Translations under genes and position numbers: made by a program
Origin: Octopus sinensis
Lineage: Eukaryota
Assembly (NCBI RefSeq): GCF_006345805.1
Contig: NC_042999.1
Span: forward strand, 36,518,001 to 36,582,000
DNA: 64,000 nucleotides
Direction: 5' to 3'
Shown: one piece after another, positions 50,591 through 63,814 of the stretch
Layout of the letters: every line of letters begins with the position of its first letter
Position numbering within the stretch: position 1 is the first letter of the stretch
Notes under the pieces: model-generated
Databases searched by the model: none
Told to the model about the DNA's origin: nothing
Seen by the model: the letters and a program-made list of their open reading frames with translations, nothing else

Positions 50591-52001
50591 TTGTAGTGGA
50601 TAAGCATAAAATTACCTTTTCTAGTACCAATAGCTTTGCACTATGTGTATTGGACACACTTGATTATAGCATCAGTAAGACAAAGATTGTCTTGTGTCTA
50701 GTAAGACTAAAGAGCCCTCCATTCATTCACCAACCGTTTAACAGTGTGAGGGTTTATTTTATCATGGCACAAGCACTAGAGATGTTGCTTGTCACTAAAA
50801 AGAGAAACACGTCCTTTGTTTTATGTCTCCCTTCATGTAAAAGAACCAGAGTGAGAGGGAGAGATTGAAGAGAGATTAATGGAAAAGAGAGACAGAGTGT
50901 GTGAGGGAGAGAGTGATAGACATTTACATGATTATCATCAAACAGATTGACTAGAAACATAAGTGGCATGATAAAGGAAGAGAGAGAGAGTGATATGAAA
51001 GAAGCAAGGTGATAGAATGGATAAACTAGAAGTGAGAAAGAGTGTTGTAAAATGGTAAAAGAAAGAATAATGGGAGAGAGTGAGAGCTAAAATAGCAATG
51101 CCAAAATGTCTCATATCCATGAGGAAGGTATCCTGAAACTGGCCCAAATGCTTGCAACAGAGTTGGTTCTGCTGAAGGTATCCAAGGTTCCAGGTACTGG
51201 TGTTAGATTGGGCAACAGGCCAAGTCTTTTAGTGTGTAATTTGAGAGATATTTGGCTGCTATTTCAGTCAAGGAACCACATAGGCACTCCTTTGTTTGCT
51301 CAGACTGATGCTTGTCATTATATTTAGTTAACCCTGCCTTGTCATCATTGTCATCACCTTGTCTTTGAATTTCTTGGAAAAGTGATGTTACAGCTACTTC
51401 ACATCAGATTACAAAATAAAAAAAAAATTGTTGAGAAGAATTATGCTTCACATAAATAATTAATTTGGTGTTTAATTGTTCAGTGGTAATTATTTATATT
51501 GACAGGAGGTTTGGTGGTTTCACAATACTATCTTATGTAAAGAGTGCTTTCTATGTACACCCCTTCATCTTAACTGCCCTCCAGAGATCAATCAATATTC
51601 TTTCTATTCTTTTTTTCTACCTTTCCCTCCTTCCATCTCTCTCTCAATAACTGCCCCTCTCACATCTAACAGCATACAATTTTATGCTAATGATAAAATT
51701 TTCCATTACTTTTTGTTCGGATCACAAATAGCATCTGCTCTAGGCTCAGACAGTTCTTGGATGTTCATGTACGACCTGTATGTGTGTATAGCATTCTCAA
51801 GCACTAAATCAAAAATTCTTAAATGTAATAGTATAAATATTCTGCTTAATTTTATTTCATTTCATTTCATATCCTTGGAAAATATGAAGGCTTTCTGTAC
51901 CTGTGTATAAATAAACTTAAGGAACAATTAGTTCATTTTTTCTAACCAGCATTACTATTATGAATCCACTATTTTGTATACACCCCAAAACATTTCATTC
52001 C

Positions 52002-52057
<56 letters not shown>

Positions 52058-52065
52058 ATGTGTGT

Positions 52066-52370
52066 TGTGGTGGCGCAATGGCCCAGTGGTTAGGGCAGCG
52101 GACTCGTGGTCGTAGGATCGCGGTTTCGATTTCCAGACCAGGCGTTGTGAGTGTTTATTGAGCGAAAACACCTAAAGCTCCACGAGGCTCTGGCAGGGGG
52201 TGGTGGCAATCCCTGCTGTACTCTTTCACCACAACTTTCTCTCACTCTTTCTTCTGTTGGCCTGCTCGCTTAGCCAGTGGGGTGGCGTCATTTGAAGGCT
52301 AAAACAATGCGAAGCTCATTGTGACCAGCGATGTGTAGCAACATCTGATAGCCTGGTCGGTCACGGTGAT
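52066..52370 (+). mobile_element. SINE family D, tail type 2
   Basis: Same head as 6408-6796, with a different 3' part after actttctctcactctt. Confidence 0.9.
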
Positions 52371-52402
<32 letters not shown>

Positions 52403-52403
<1 letters not shown>

Positions 52404-53436
52404 GTGGCACACAAGAGAACCATCCGAACGTGGCCGTAGCCAGTTCCGCATCGACCGGCCTCCGTGCTGTGGGCACGTAACAAACACCATCCGATCATGG
52501 CCGTTCGCCAGCCTCATCTGGCACCTGTGTCGGTGGCACATAAAAACACCTTCCGAAGACCCGGCAAGACTAGTCAGTCCACCTGTGCATACCTTCCTTC
52601 CTTGTGACACTTGTGAAGACCGGTTGAGGCAAGTGAAAATCAAATCAAATCAAATCAAAATAGACAAATAGATGAACATCAATGGAATTTGTATCTTGTG
52701 GTACCAGTGCCTGTGGCACACAAGAAATCCATCAGTGCTGTAGTCAGTGCGGTGGGCACATGACAAACACCATCCGATCGTGGCCGTTCGCCAGCCTCAT
52801 CTAGCACCTGTGGTGGCCATGGCACAAAACACCATCCGAAGACCCGGCAAGACTAGTCAGGCCATAACCCATGGCCCCTACCTGGGACTAGTCAGTCCAC
52901 CTGTGCATACCTTCCTTCTTGTGACACTTGTGAAGACCTGTTGAGGCAAGTGAAAATCAAAAAATCAAAATAGATGAACATCAATGGAATTGTATCTTGT
53001 GGTAACACAAGAAACCATCCGACGTGGCCGTAGCCAGTACCGCATCGACTGGCCTCCGTGCTGTGGGCACGTAAGAAAAACCATCCGATCGTGGCCGTTT
53101 GCCAGCCTCATCTGGCACCTGTGTCGGTGGCACATAAAAACACCATCCGAGCGTGGTCTGCCAGCCTCGTCTGGCACCTGTGTCGGTGGCACATAAAAAC
53201 ACCATCCGAGCGTGGCCGTTTGCCAGCCTCGTCTGGCACCTGTGTCGGTGGCACATAAAATCACCCACTACACTCTCGGAGTGGTTGGCGTTAGGAAGGG
53301 CATCCAGCTGTAGAAACACTGCCAGATCTGACTGGACTGGTGCAGCTTTCGGGCTCCCCAGACCCCAGTTGAACCGTCCAACCCATGCTAGCATGGAAAG
53401 CGGACGTTAAATGATGATGATGATGATGATGATGAT
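52403..53436 (+). mobile_element. 5'-truncated copy of the same RTE family (3' UTR multimer plus tail)
   Basis: Near-identical to 61018-62977 units (gaagacccggcaagactagtc..., (aaatc)n, ...gcatggaaagcggacgttaaa(tga)n). Confidence 0.9.
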
Positions 53437-53650
53437 AGTTAATCCAAACAAGAAAACACAGAAAAAAACACAGCAACGTGAGGACGTGGAACAATTAAAG
53501 TATTATTTGACGCTCAGGAAAGAAGGGAAGGAGGGTTTAACGTTTCGAGCGGAGCTCTTCCATGGAAACAAGGAGAAGGAAAGATCCCGAGAAGGGAAGA
53601 CAGAGGAAAAAAATATTTTTGCTGGTGGTGCTCAAGAGATCACATGTTGA
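53436..53650 (-). mobile_element. Third copy of the 200-bp hammerhead-bearing repeat
   Basis: GTTT CCATGGA A GAGC-TCC-GCTC GAAAC GTT AAAC at 53535-53569. Confidence 0.7.
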
Positions 53651-54870
53651 AAGGCATGCATGTATGAATGTGTGTGTGTGTGTGTAGAAGTGCAGGTGTG
53701 GTTATAAGGTTAAGAAGTTGATTTTGCAACCATGTGATTTCAAGTTAGCAGATGATTTGTTGACAAAAGATCTCAAAATATATCACCCAGTGAAACCAAG
53801 CCACAAACAGTGACATCACTGCTTGAAACAGCCAAATAGTGATGTCACTGTCTGTAGCCACAACACAGTGTAGATTGTAAACACACACGCACAAATTTAG
53901 GTGCAAGATGGGTGTGTGGAATTGAGGTGGGAGTAATTGGGACATGAACACACACACACCATATACACATACACACACCAGTGTATCACCTAGACTAAAA
54001 GCTGTTGTTATACACCACAGATCACAGTGCACTTCCTCTATTTCTTGTGGCTTTCAAGTGATGCCACTTCACTGTCCAGGCAGGCAAACCAACATTCCTC
54101 ATTTCTAAACAGAACAGCTGTCCATCACAGGGCAACCCATTTACAGCTGGGCAGACTGGAGCAATGTGAAATGGAGTGTTTCGCTCAAGAACACCCCCCC
54201 CCCACTGCTAGTCTGGAAATTGAAACCATGATCTTCCTAATGTGAGTACAACACCCTAATCACTAGACGATGTGCCTTCACATACACACACACACACACA
54301 CATTACAGTGGGCTTCTTTCAGTTTCCATCTATCAACTTAACTCACATTGGTAATTTTAGCATGATAGTACATGACACTTGCCTGGGTTCTTGTGAAGTG
54401 GGATTGAACCGAAAGCTACATAGTTGAGAAACAAATTTCTTAACCATGCTGTCATGCTTGCACCTATAATATATGAATATGTGTGTGTTTATAAGGCAAA
54501 CTGGAATAAAATTTGCTTCACTGAAATGCATTTCATTGAAGCCAATTTTATTTCACATTCATTTGTCAATTTTATTTTACATTTTATTTCACATTCATCT
54601 GTCTGGAGATGGCCTTTGACAAAATTTCATGCCCTTTAGTTTAGTGATCATTAAGAAAACTAGGTATAGATGAATGGCTTGTAAAAGCCATGTATTAGGT
54701 TGGCAACTAAGTTCCTGCCGTTTTTTAAAATTTAAATTTTTTTAAAGGTTTAACAAAAAATAACTAATCAATAATGTATTAAACACATAGGCAAATGTAG
54801 TTTGTACTGTATCAAAAGGGATAAAAAAGAAAAAAAGGACAGGATAAAGTCATAACTTCATTGCTTTTAA

Positions 54871-55092
54871 CCCTTTTGATACCAACCTGGCCCAAACCGC
54901 CTCTGGCTCTGTAGTACAAATGTCTTATTTTCATAAGTATCAAATTAAAATCTTCCATCAAACTTTAGTCACAATTTATGTTCCCAACATTAGCTTAATG
55001 ATAACTAACTTCTTTTACTAAATTTTTTGTTATATTTAAAATTAATTGAATGAAACACAGAGCACCTCAAAATAAATACGGTAATGAAAGGG
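54871..55092. mobile_element. piggyBac-like MITE family 1
   Basis: TTAA-CCCTTTTGATACC...GGTAATGAAAGGG-TTAA. Confidence 0.85.
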
Positions 55093-55805
55093 TTAATCTG
55101 AAAGGGTTAATCGTAGGTCTGCTTGAACAGAACTAACAGAGGACAAAGCAACACCACTTCACTTCCCTATAACACCCTCACTGCATCCTTTTATTAGATC
55201 TGTCAAATACCACCCTTGCACCTTGTATTACCCTCAACCTCCATACTGTTCACACTTTTGCTGATAAACATATTCATCCACTTCCATCCCAGCTCTAACC
55301 CCAACCAGCTTTGTAGGGGTCACAATTTCTCTCTTTCTTCCTTTCTCTTTACAGTTGTAAAGAGAAAATAATGAATCAGCTACTGAAAATGTTTCTAGTT
55401 TTATTTGTATTTGGTTTTATTATTATGAGACACCAAATTTAGACCAGCTTATTTTACAGCTCATTATCATTTCCTTTTTCTGAATCATTATTCAAGATTG
55501 ATTATTCATCTTTACAGCAGTAATAGACCTTTTATTTTATTTTATTTTATTTTTATTTTATAAACCTGGGAATATACAGTATGTAAGGGCAACACATTTG
55601 ACAGGATTCTTTTGTAGTATGTGAGCTGATATTGTTGTGTTAGTTAAAAAAAGTTTGCTTTACAATCTTGTAGTTGTAGGTTCAATCCTACAGTTTGTTG
55701 CCATACCCAAATGTCTTCTGCTGCAACCTTAGGTTGATCAATGCCTTGTAATTCAAATTTGGCTAGAAACTGTAGAAGTTCTTCATGTGTGTGTGTATTT
55801 ATACA

Positions 55806-56036
55806 TATTTCCTTATTACCCACAAGGGGCTAAACATAGAGGGGACAAACAAGGACAGACATAGGTATTAAGTCGATTACATTGACCCCAGAGCGTAACT
55901 GGTACTTAATTTATCGACCCCAAAAGGATGAAAGGCCAAGTCGACCTCGGCGGAATTTGAACTCACAACGTAATGGCAGACAAAATACCGCTAAGCATTT
56001 CGCCTGGCGTGCTAACGTTTCTGCCAGCTCGCCGCC
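55806..56036 (-). mobile_element. SINE family B
   Basis: Full copy. Others at about 3870-4085, 8980-9145, 18106-18230, 30470-31020 (cluster), 36790-36925, 37838-38075, 45430-45640. Confidence 0.9.
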
Positions 56037-56624
56037 TCGTGTGTATTTATACATGCATGCATATATGTATGTATGTGTGTATGTATAAATACACACACAC
56101 ACATGAAAAACAATTTTACATTAATGACCTTAATCACATAGCCAGCCAGCCATGCATGCATGCATGGCTGGCTTGCTGACTGGCTATGTGATTAAGGTCA
56201 TTTTGCAACCACATAGTTTTTCAGGTTCATTCCCATTGTGCAGCACCTTGAGCAAGCCTCTTCTCATGCTCCAAGTCAATCAATGCCTTGTCAGTGAATT
56301 TGATTGATGGAAACTGTATTAAACTTCTATATTTATATATTATTCTCAAACAAGAATATCGTTGACAGTGACTCCAAAGTTTTGGCCATTTAAACTATTG
56401 TTAAATGATGGCCTAACTGGCCAGAACTTTGAAGTCACTGTCAAGAATACTCTTGTTTAAGAATAATAAATTTGTACTCTACAAAAGTATAGAGTAACCC
56501 ATCAGATTAATGTAAAATTGTTTTTATTATTACTGAGCATAAAAACAAACATTAATCTACTATGCATGTAACTATCTATCTGTCAGTCTGTCTGTATGTA
56601 TACATCTACGTATATCAGTATGTG

Positions 56625-56927
56625 ATCACCGTGACCAACCAGGCTCTCAGATGTTGCTACACATCGCTGGTCACAATGCGCTTCGCATTGTTTTAGCCTT
56701 CAAATGACGCCACCCTGCTGGCTTAGCGAGCAGGCCAACAGAAGAAAGAGTGAGAGAAAGTTGTGGCAGAAGAGTACAGCAGGGATCGCCACCACCCCCT
56801 GCTGGAGCCTCGTGGAGCTTTAGGTGTTTTCGCTCAATAAACACTCACAACGCCCGGTCTGGGAATCGAAACCACGATCCTACGACCGCGAGTCCGCTGC
56901 CCTAACCACTGAGCCATTGCACCTCCA
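56625..56927 (-). mobile_element. SINE family D, tail type 2, with perfect 14-bp TSD
   Basis: tatatcagtatgtg at 56611-56624 and 56928-56941. Confidence 0.92.
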
Positions 56928-57546
56928 TATATCAGTATGTGTGTGTATGTATATGTCAATATTTCACTTATCACTGGTTGAATGAATTGGTACTGGTATT
57001 GTCATTATGAGCAGTTAGTCTGTTCTTTTAAAGACCTATATTAGAACTCCTAAATCCTTTACCTGAAAAATAAATAAGAGTTGGCTACAGGAAGATCATC
57101 CATCTGTAAAATCTTGCCTTGAAATTAGTTCCCATTCATGTCATGCTTGCATAGAAAAAAGTGGATGTTAAATAAAGAAGCAAATGATTTATAGTATATT
57201 TAAGCTACTTGTTCAGACAAATCACACTTGGGCATAGTTTGACTTGTTTGAAGAAGCGCACTTTAGAAACTCCAGAGTATCAGGCTGCTAGCTTAAATAA
57301 ATTACTACATATACTCTTAAATTTGTTTTGAGTATTCATTTTCCATGTCATTACCCAATAATGGACATACATCCTCGTCATCATTTAACGTCCATTTTTC
57401 TTAGCGTGCAGGGGTCATATGGTATTCTTTGAGGCAGATTTGTTGCAGCTGGATGCCCTTCCTGTTACTAACCCTCACCTGTTTCCAGGCAAAGTAATAT
57501 TTTTTCATGGCCAGGTGTGTTTTTCAAAGAAGGCAGGATATGAACA

Positions 57547-57938
57547 GCAGAAATATTAGCATGCCCAGCAAAGTGCTTAGCGGTATTTCGTCTGCCATTG
57601 CGTTCTGAATTCAAATTCTGCCAAGGTTGACTTTGCCTGTCATCCTTCCGGGGTCAATTAAATAAGTACCAGTTACGCACTGGGGTTGATATAATCGACT
57701 TAATCCATGTGTCTGTCCTTGTTTGTCCTCTCTGTGTTTAGCCCCTTGTGGATAGTAAAGAAATAGGTATTTCGTCTGCCATTGCGTTCTGAATTCAAAT
57801 TCCACCGTGGTTGACTTTGCCTTTCATCCTTTCGGGGTCGATTAAATAAGTACCAGTTATGCACTGGGGTCAATGTTATCGACTTAATCCCTTGTTTGTC
57901 CTTTCTATGTTTAACCTCCTGTGGGCGATAAAGAAATA
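57547..57938 (+). mobile_element. Head-to-tail dimer of SINE B
   Basis: The second unit restarts at ggtatttcgtctgccattgcg (about 57766) straight after the first tail. Confidence 0.85.
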
Positions 57939-58146
57939 CAATGCTCATTTCAAACATCCTCTAATCTCTAGACAAAGGTGTACACACACACACAATTAAC
58001 TTTCAGTTCCTCTCTACCATATCCACTCACAAGACTATCATAGGCCTGGGGCTTGAGTGTAATTTGTAAACAGGAGCAGTACAGAATTTTGTTGTGTGTA
58101 TTTCTCTCTCTCTCTGTATATAATATATATATATATATATATCTCT

Positions 58147-61100
58147 CACAGGCAAAGGACAGAGGTACAAGATTTTCTGGGCTGGGAATACTGACGGAGT
58201 CGGGGGTGTGGGCATGCTTATCGCCGAAAAATGGGTAGATAAGGTAATCGAGGTAGTCAGAGTAAGTGACAGAATAATTAAGATTAGATTAGTGCTCCAC
58301 CATAGTTTAGCAACTATTATATCGGCCTATGCCCCTCAGCCAGGGCTACCTGATGGACAGAAAGACTGTTTCTATGACACCCTACTGCAGACCACATCAT
58401 TGACGAACGACAGGGACCTTCTCTTTGTGGCTGGTGACTTCAATGGGCATGTTGGACGATGTGCTGGGGGCTTCCATGGCGTGCATGGAGGCTACGGTTA
58501 TGGTTCCCGCAACGAGGAGGGAACCAGGCTGCTGGAGTTCTGCGATGCGAATAGTCTTATGATTTGCAACACTAACTTCAGGAAACCGACAAGCCACCTG
58601 GTCACCTACCGATCGGGCCGGCATACTAGCCAAATCGACTACATCCTTGCCAGAAAAAGGGAAAGATGGCTGCTTATAAATGCCAAAACCTTCCCAGGTG
58701 AAGAATGCACCCCACAACATAGACTGGTAGTTAGTGACTTTAGGGTCAGGACTAAGAGGGCGACTAGAAGACGACCAACATGGAGAAGAAGGGTCTGGAA
58801 GCTTAAAGACCCTGCGAATGGACAGAGATTTAGAGATATGTTATTTGAAGCCTTAGACGAAATGGAAGGGAGTATAGCTACGCATGGGGTAGAAGACAAC
58901 TGGACGCTTCTGAGGGACAACCTGCTGAAAGCCGCTGACCAGATCTGTGGCTGGTGCAAAGTCCCCTTAAGACCCAACGTGGTGGTGGAACAATATTGTT
59001 GACAGGGCTATTAGACAAAAGAAACAGGCTTGGAAGGCCTGGAAGAACGGTGGTAGCAGGGAAGTGTATCAGTCTGCCAGAAGGGAAGCCAGGAGACAGG
59101 TCTATCTAGCCAGAGGGGAGGCAGATAAGGAAAAATTTGCCAATGTCCTGCGTCGTGAGGATGAAAGACTTGAGGTATTTCGTGTTGCAAGACAGTGTGT
59201 GAGAGAGAATCGTGACGTGGTAGGAGAGAAATGTGTTCGCAAGGATGACGGTTCACTTGCGCTTAATGAGGATGCAAAGAGAGAGGCTTGGAGACGCCAC
59301 TATGGTAGGTTGCTGAATGAAGAAAATGAATGGGATAAAGAGAGTCTGCCGAATGTCGACCCAACAGAGGGACCAGCAATCCGAGTTAACTGTTCCTTAG
59401 TAGATAAGGCAATTAGAAGCATGAAAACAGGGAAAGCCCCAGGCCCATCAGGAATTACTGCAGAGATGCTCAAAATATCTGGTGGTGTCGGCTATAGCTT
59501 AGTCATCCGTATAGTTAACCAGGTGATACACGAGGGGGTCATACCCAATGACTGGTGTAGCAGCATAATAGTCAACTGCTACAAAGGTAAAGGCGACGCC
59601 CTAGAGACAAATAACTACAGGGGCATCAAGCTGCTGGATCAGGTAATGAAGGTTACGGAGAGGGTTATAGCCCAACTAATTAGAGAGAGAGTTAGCTTAG
59701 ATGATATGCAGTTTGGGTTCGTGCCAGGGAAAAGTACTACTGATGCTATATTCCTGGTAAGACAGCTGCAGGAGAAATACCTAGCCAAAGATAAGCCCTT
59801 GTACCTGGCTTTTGTTGACTTGGAGAAAGCCTTTGACAGGGTCCCCCGATCCCTTATCTGGTGGTCAATGAGGAAACTAGGGATAGAAGAATGGTTGGTG
59901 AGAGCTGTGCAAGCCATGTACAGAGACGCTGCTAGTAAGGTGAGGGTTGGCAACGAGTACAGTGAAGAATTCCGGGTAGAGGTTGGGGTCCACCAAGGTT
60001 CAGTCCTCAGTCCCCTCCTATTTATCATAGTCCTCCAGGCAATAACGGAGGAATTCAAGACAGGTTGCCCCTGGGAGCTCCTCTATGCTGATGACCTTGC
60101 TCTAATTGCTGAGTCACTATCAGAACTGGAGGAGAAGTTTCAGGTGTGGAAACAAGGATTAGAATCGAAGGGCCTTAGAATCAACCTAGCCAAAACCAAA
60201 GTCCTAATAAGTAGGAAGGTAGATCAATCACAAACGCCTTCAGGTAGATGGCCCTGCTCGATCTGTAAAAAAGGTGTAGGTAGAAACTCTATAAGATGCA
60301 CCAAGTGTAAGCTATGGACACATAAGAGGTGCAGCAATGTCAAAGGAAGGCTAACTAGGAAAATAGTTTTTGTCTGTGGCAAATGCTCAGGAGCAATAAA
60401 CACTGGAATGTGCAGAGACCAACTTCTGCCACGTTCCAGGGAGACAAACTAGAAGTAGTTGATAGCTTCCACTACCTAGGAGACCAAGTCAGTAGCGGGG
60501 GTGGGTGTGCTGAAAGTGTAACTGCTAGAGTAAGAATAGCCTGGGCAAAGTTTAGAGAGCTCTTACCCCTGCTGGTGACAAAAGGCCTCTCGCTCAGAGT
60601 AAAAGGCAGACTGTATGATGCATGTGTACGTACAGCCATGCTACATGGTAGTGAAACATGGGCCGTGACTGCTGAGGATATGCGTAAGCTCGCAAGAAAT
60701 GAAGCCAGTATGCTCCGATGGATGTGTAATGTCAGTGTTCATAATCGTCAGAGTGTAAGTTCCTTGAGAGAAAAGTTGAACCTAAGAAGCGTCAGTTGTG
60801 GTGTGCAAGAGAGACGGCTGCGCTGGTATGGTCATGTGATGAGAAAGGCTGAAGATAGTTGTGTGCAAAAGTGCTACACCCTAGCAGTTGAGGGAACCTG
60901 TGGAAGAGGTAGACCCAGGAAAACCTGGGACGAGGTGGTGAAGCACGACCTTCGAACTTTAGGTCTCACTAAGGAAATGTCTAGAGACCGAGACCTCTGG
61001 AAGTATGCTGTGCGTGAGAAGACCCGGCAAGACTAGTCAGGCCATAACCCGTGGCCCCTACCTGGGACGTAGTCAGTCCTCCTGTGCATACCTTCCTTCT

Positions 61101-62977
61101 TGTGACACTTATGAAGACCTGTTGAGGCAAGTGAAAATCAAATCAAAACAAATCAAAATAGATGAACATCAGTGGAATTGTATTCTTTGTGGTACCAGTG
61201 CCGGTGGCACACAAGACTGGCCTCCGTGCTGTGGGCACAACGAACACCATCCGATCGTGGCCGTTCGCCAGCCTCATCTGGCACCTGTGTCGGTGGCACA
61301 TAAAGACACCATCCGAAGACCCGGCGACGTAGTCAGTCCACCTGTGCATACCTTCCCTCTTATGACACTTGTGAAGACCTGTTGAGGCAAGTGTGTGACA
61401 CTTGTGAAGACCTGTTGAGGCAGAGGCAAGTGTGTGACACTTGTGGAGACCTGTTGAGGCAAGTGTGTGACCCTTGTGAAGACCTGTTGAGGCAAGTGAA
61501 AATCAACCAAATCAAAATAGATGAACATCAATGGAATTTGTATCTTTGTGGTTCCAGTACCGGTGGCACACAAGAAAACCATCCGATCGTGGCCGTTCGC
61601 CAGCCTCATCTGGCACCTGTGTCGGTGGCACATAAAAACACCATCCGAAGACCCGGCGACGTAGTCAGTCCACCTGTGCATACTTCCTACTTATGACACT
61701 TGTGAAGACCTGTTGAGGCAAGTGTGTGACACTTGTGTAGACCTGTTGAGGCAAGTGAAAATCAAATCAAATCAAATCAAATCAAACCAAATCAAAATAG
61801 ATGAACATCAATGGAATTTGTATCTTTGTGGTACCAGTACCGGTGGCACACAAGAAAACCATCCGAACATGGCCGTAGCCAGTACCGCATCGACTGGCCT
61901 CTGTGATGTGGGCACATAACAAACACCATCCGATCGTGGCCGTCCGCCAGCCTCATCTGGCACCTGTGTCGGTGGCACATAAAAACACCAACCGAAGACC
62001 CGGCAAGACTAGTCAGGCCATAACCCGTGGCCCCTACTTGGGACGTAGTCAGTCCACCTGTGCATACCTTCCTTCCTTCTTGTGACACTTGTGAAGACCT
62101 GTGAAGACCTATTGAGGCAAGTGAAAATCAAATCAAATCAAATCAAAATAGATGAACATCAATGGAATTTGTATCTTTGTGGTACCAGTGCCGGTGGCAC
62201 ACAAGAAAACCATCCGAACGTGGCCGTAGCCAGTACCGCATCGACTGGCCTCCGTGCTGTGGGCACGCAACAAACACCATCCGATCGTGGCCGTTCGCCA
62301 GCCTCATCTGGCACCTGTGTCGGTGGCACATAAAAACACCATCCGAAGACCCGGCAAGACTAGTCAGGCCATAACCCGTGGCCCCTACCTGGGACGTAGT
62401 CAGTCCACCTGTGCATACCTTCCTTCTTGTGACACTTGTGAAGACCTGTTGAGGCAAGTGAAAATCAAATCAAATCAAAATAGATGAACATCAATGGAAT
62501 TTGTATCTTTGTGGTACCAGTGCCGGTGGCACACAAGAAGATCATCCGAACGTGGCCGTAGCCAGTACCGCATAGACTGGCCTCCGTGCTTTGGGGACGT
62601 AACAAACACCATCCGATCGTGGCCGTCCGCCAGCCTCATCTGGCACCTGTGTCGGTGGCACATAAAAACACCATCCGAGCGTGGCCGTCTGCCAGCCTCG
62701 TCTGCCAGCCTCGTCTGGCACCTGTGTCAGTGGCACATAAAAACACCATCCGAGCGTGGCCGTTCGCCAGCCTTGTCTGGCACCTGTGTCGGTGGCACAT
62801 AAAATCACCCACTACACTCTCGGAGTGGTTGGCGTTAGGAAGGGCATCCAGCTGTAGAAACACTGCCAGATCTGACTGGCCTGGTGCAGCCTTCGGGCTC
62901 CCCAGACCCCAGTTGAACCGTCCAACCCATGCTAGCATGGAAAACGGACGCTAAATGATGATGATGATGATGATGAT
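58147..62977 (+). mobile_element. RTE-clade LINE, 5'-truncated, young, ORF broken by two frameshifts
   Basis: Endonuclease in 58208-59002 (AGDFNGHVG, SQIDYIL, QHRLVVSDF). RT in 59064-60452 (QFGFVPGKST, FVDLEKAFD, GVHQGSVLSP, YADD at 60084-60095). C-terminal ORF 60383-61036 (LHGSETW, RLRWYGHVMR, GRGRPRKTW). Frameshifts near 58975 and 60410. Long 3' UTR ends in (TGA)n at about 62977. Confidence 0.95.
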
Positions 62978-63814
62978 ATATATTCACACACATTATATGT
63001 ATTTGTGTATTTTCATTTGTATTGTGAAATTGTTTATATTCTGCATAAAACAATGTCATCACATAGGCAGTGATAGTATACATCTGTTGCAAAAAAAAAA
63101 AAATTCCTTTGTTGTGTGGTTCATCATTTGAAAGTTCTGAGGAATAAGTGTTTGAAAACAAAGTAAGAGTTGGTGATAGGAAGAACACCTGACTGTGGAT
63201 TATTGCCCCACGGTCTCATCCAACTTGTTAGAATGGGGCAGGAGTGGGCTAGAAAGAAAAAAAACATTAAAAATGATAATTTGGAAGTTTTGCTGTTCTC
63301 TTCATTAATTTGTTTTATTTAATAGATTTCAGTAATATTTATTCTGTCTGAGAAGGCCTGATGTTTTATATATCTATGTTCTTTAAGTCATTGACCTTGT
63401 TAAAAAATTTTAATATTCTATCTTTATGTTGACATTGGCATTATTTTCTATGGTTACAAAAGCAAGAGACTGCCAAGTAAATTTATAGTATCTATAAACT
63501 ATCTTCAAAAATAATTTATAATATCATACTGTCCTCAATTTCAATTCCTCCATTGTTTTTCCATGGTTGATATTGTCAACCTTACTTAATAAAATAGACA
63601 CTCAGAATACTTTTCTTCATGTTCTTCATATACTTTGCACATATCTCACAGGTATGTTTTTCATAGAAGGCTGGAAATGAACAGTATCAATGCTCATTCC
63701 AACCATCCTCTGATGCCTAGACAAAGGTGTGAACAACAACATACACACACACACACACACACACAGAATTAACTTTCAGTTCCTCTCTACCATATTCACT
63801 CACAAGACTATCAT

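Noticed and set aside
55345-55442. Strong acceptor followed by MNQLLKMFLVLFVFGFIIMRHQI, a signal-peptide-like frame
   Set aside because: Stops after 23 codons, with no donor and no furin similarity; expected by chance in T-rich DNA.
61018-62810. CRISPR-like appearance of the repeated units, and CTGTTGAGGCAAGTGAAA as a hammerhead core
   Set aside because: Units are LINE 3' UTR mosaics with no unique spacers and no cas genes in a eukaryotic context. The motif has CTGTTGA, no stem II and no stem III/UH site.
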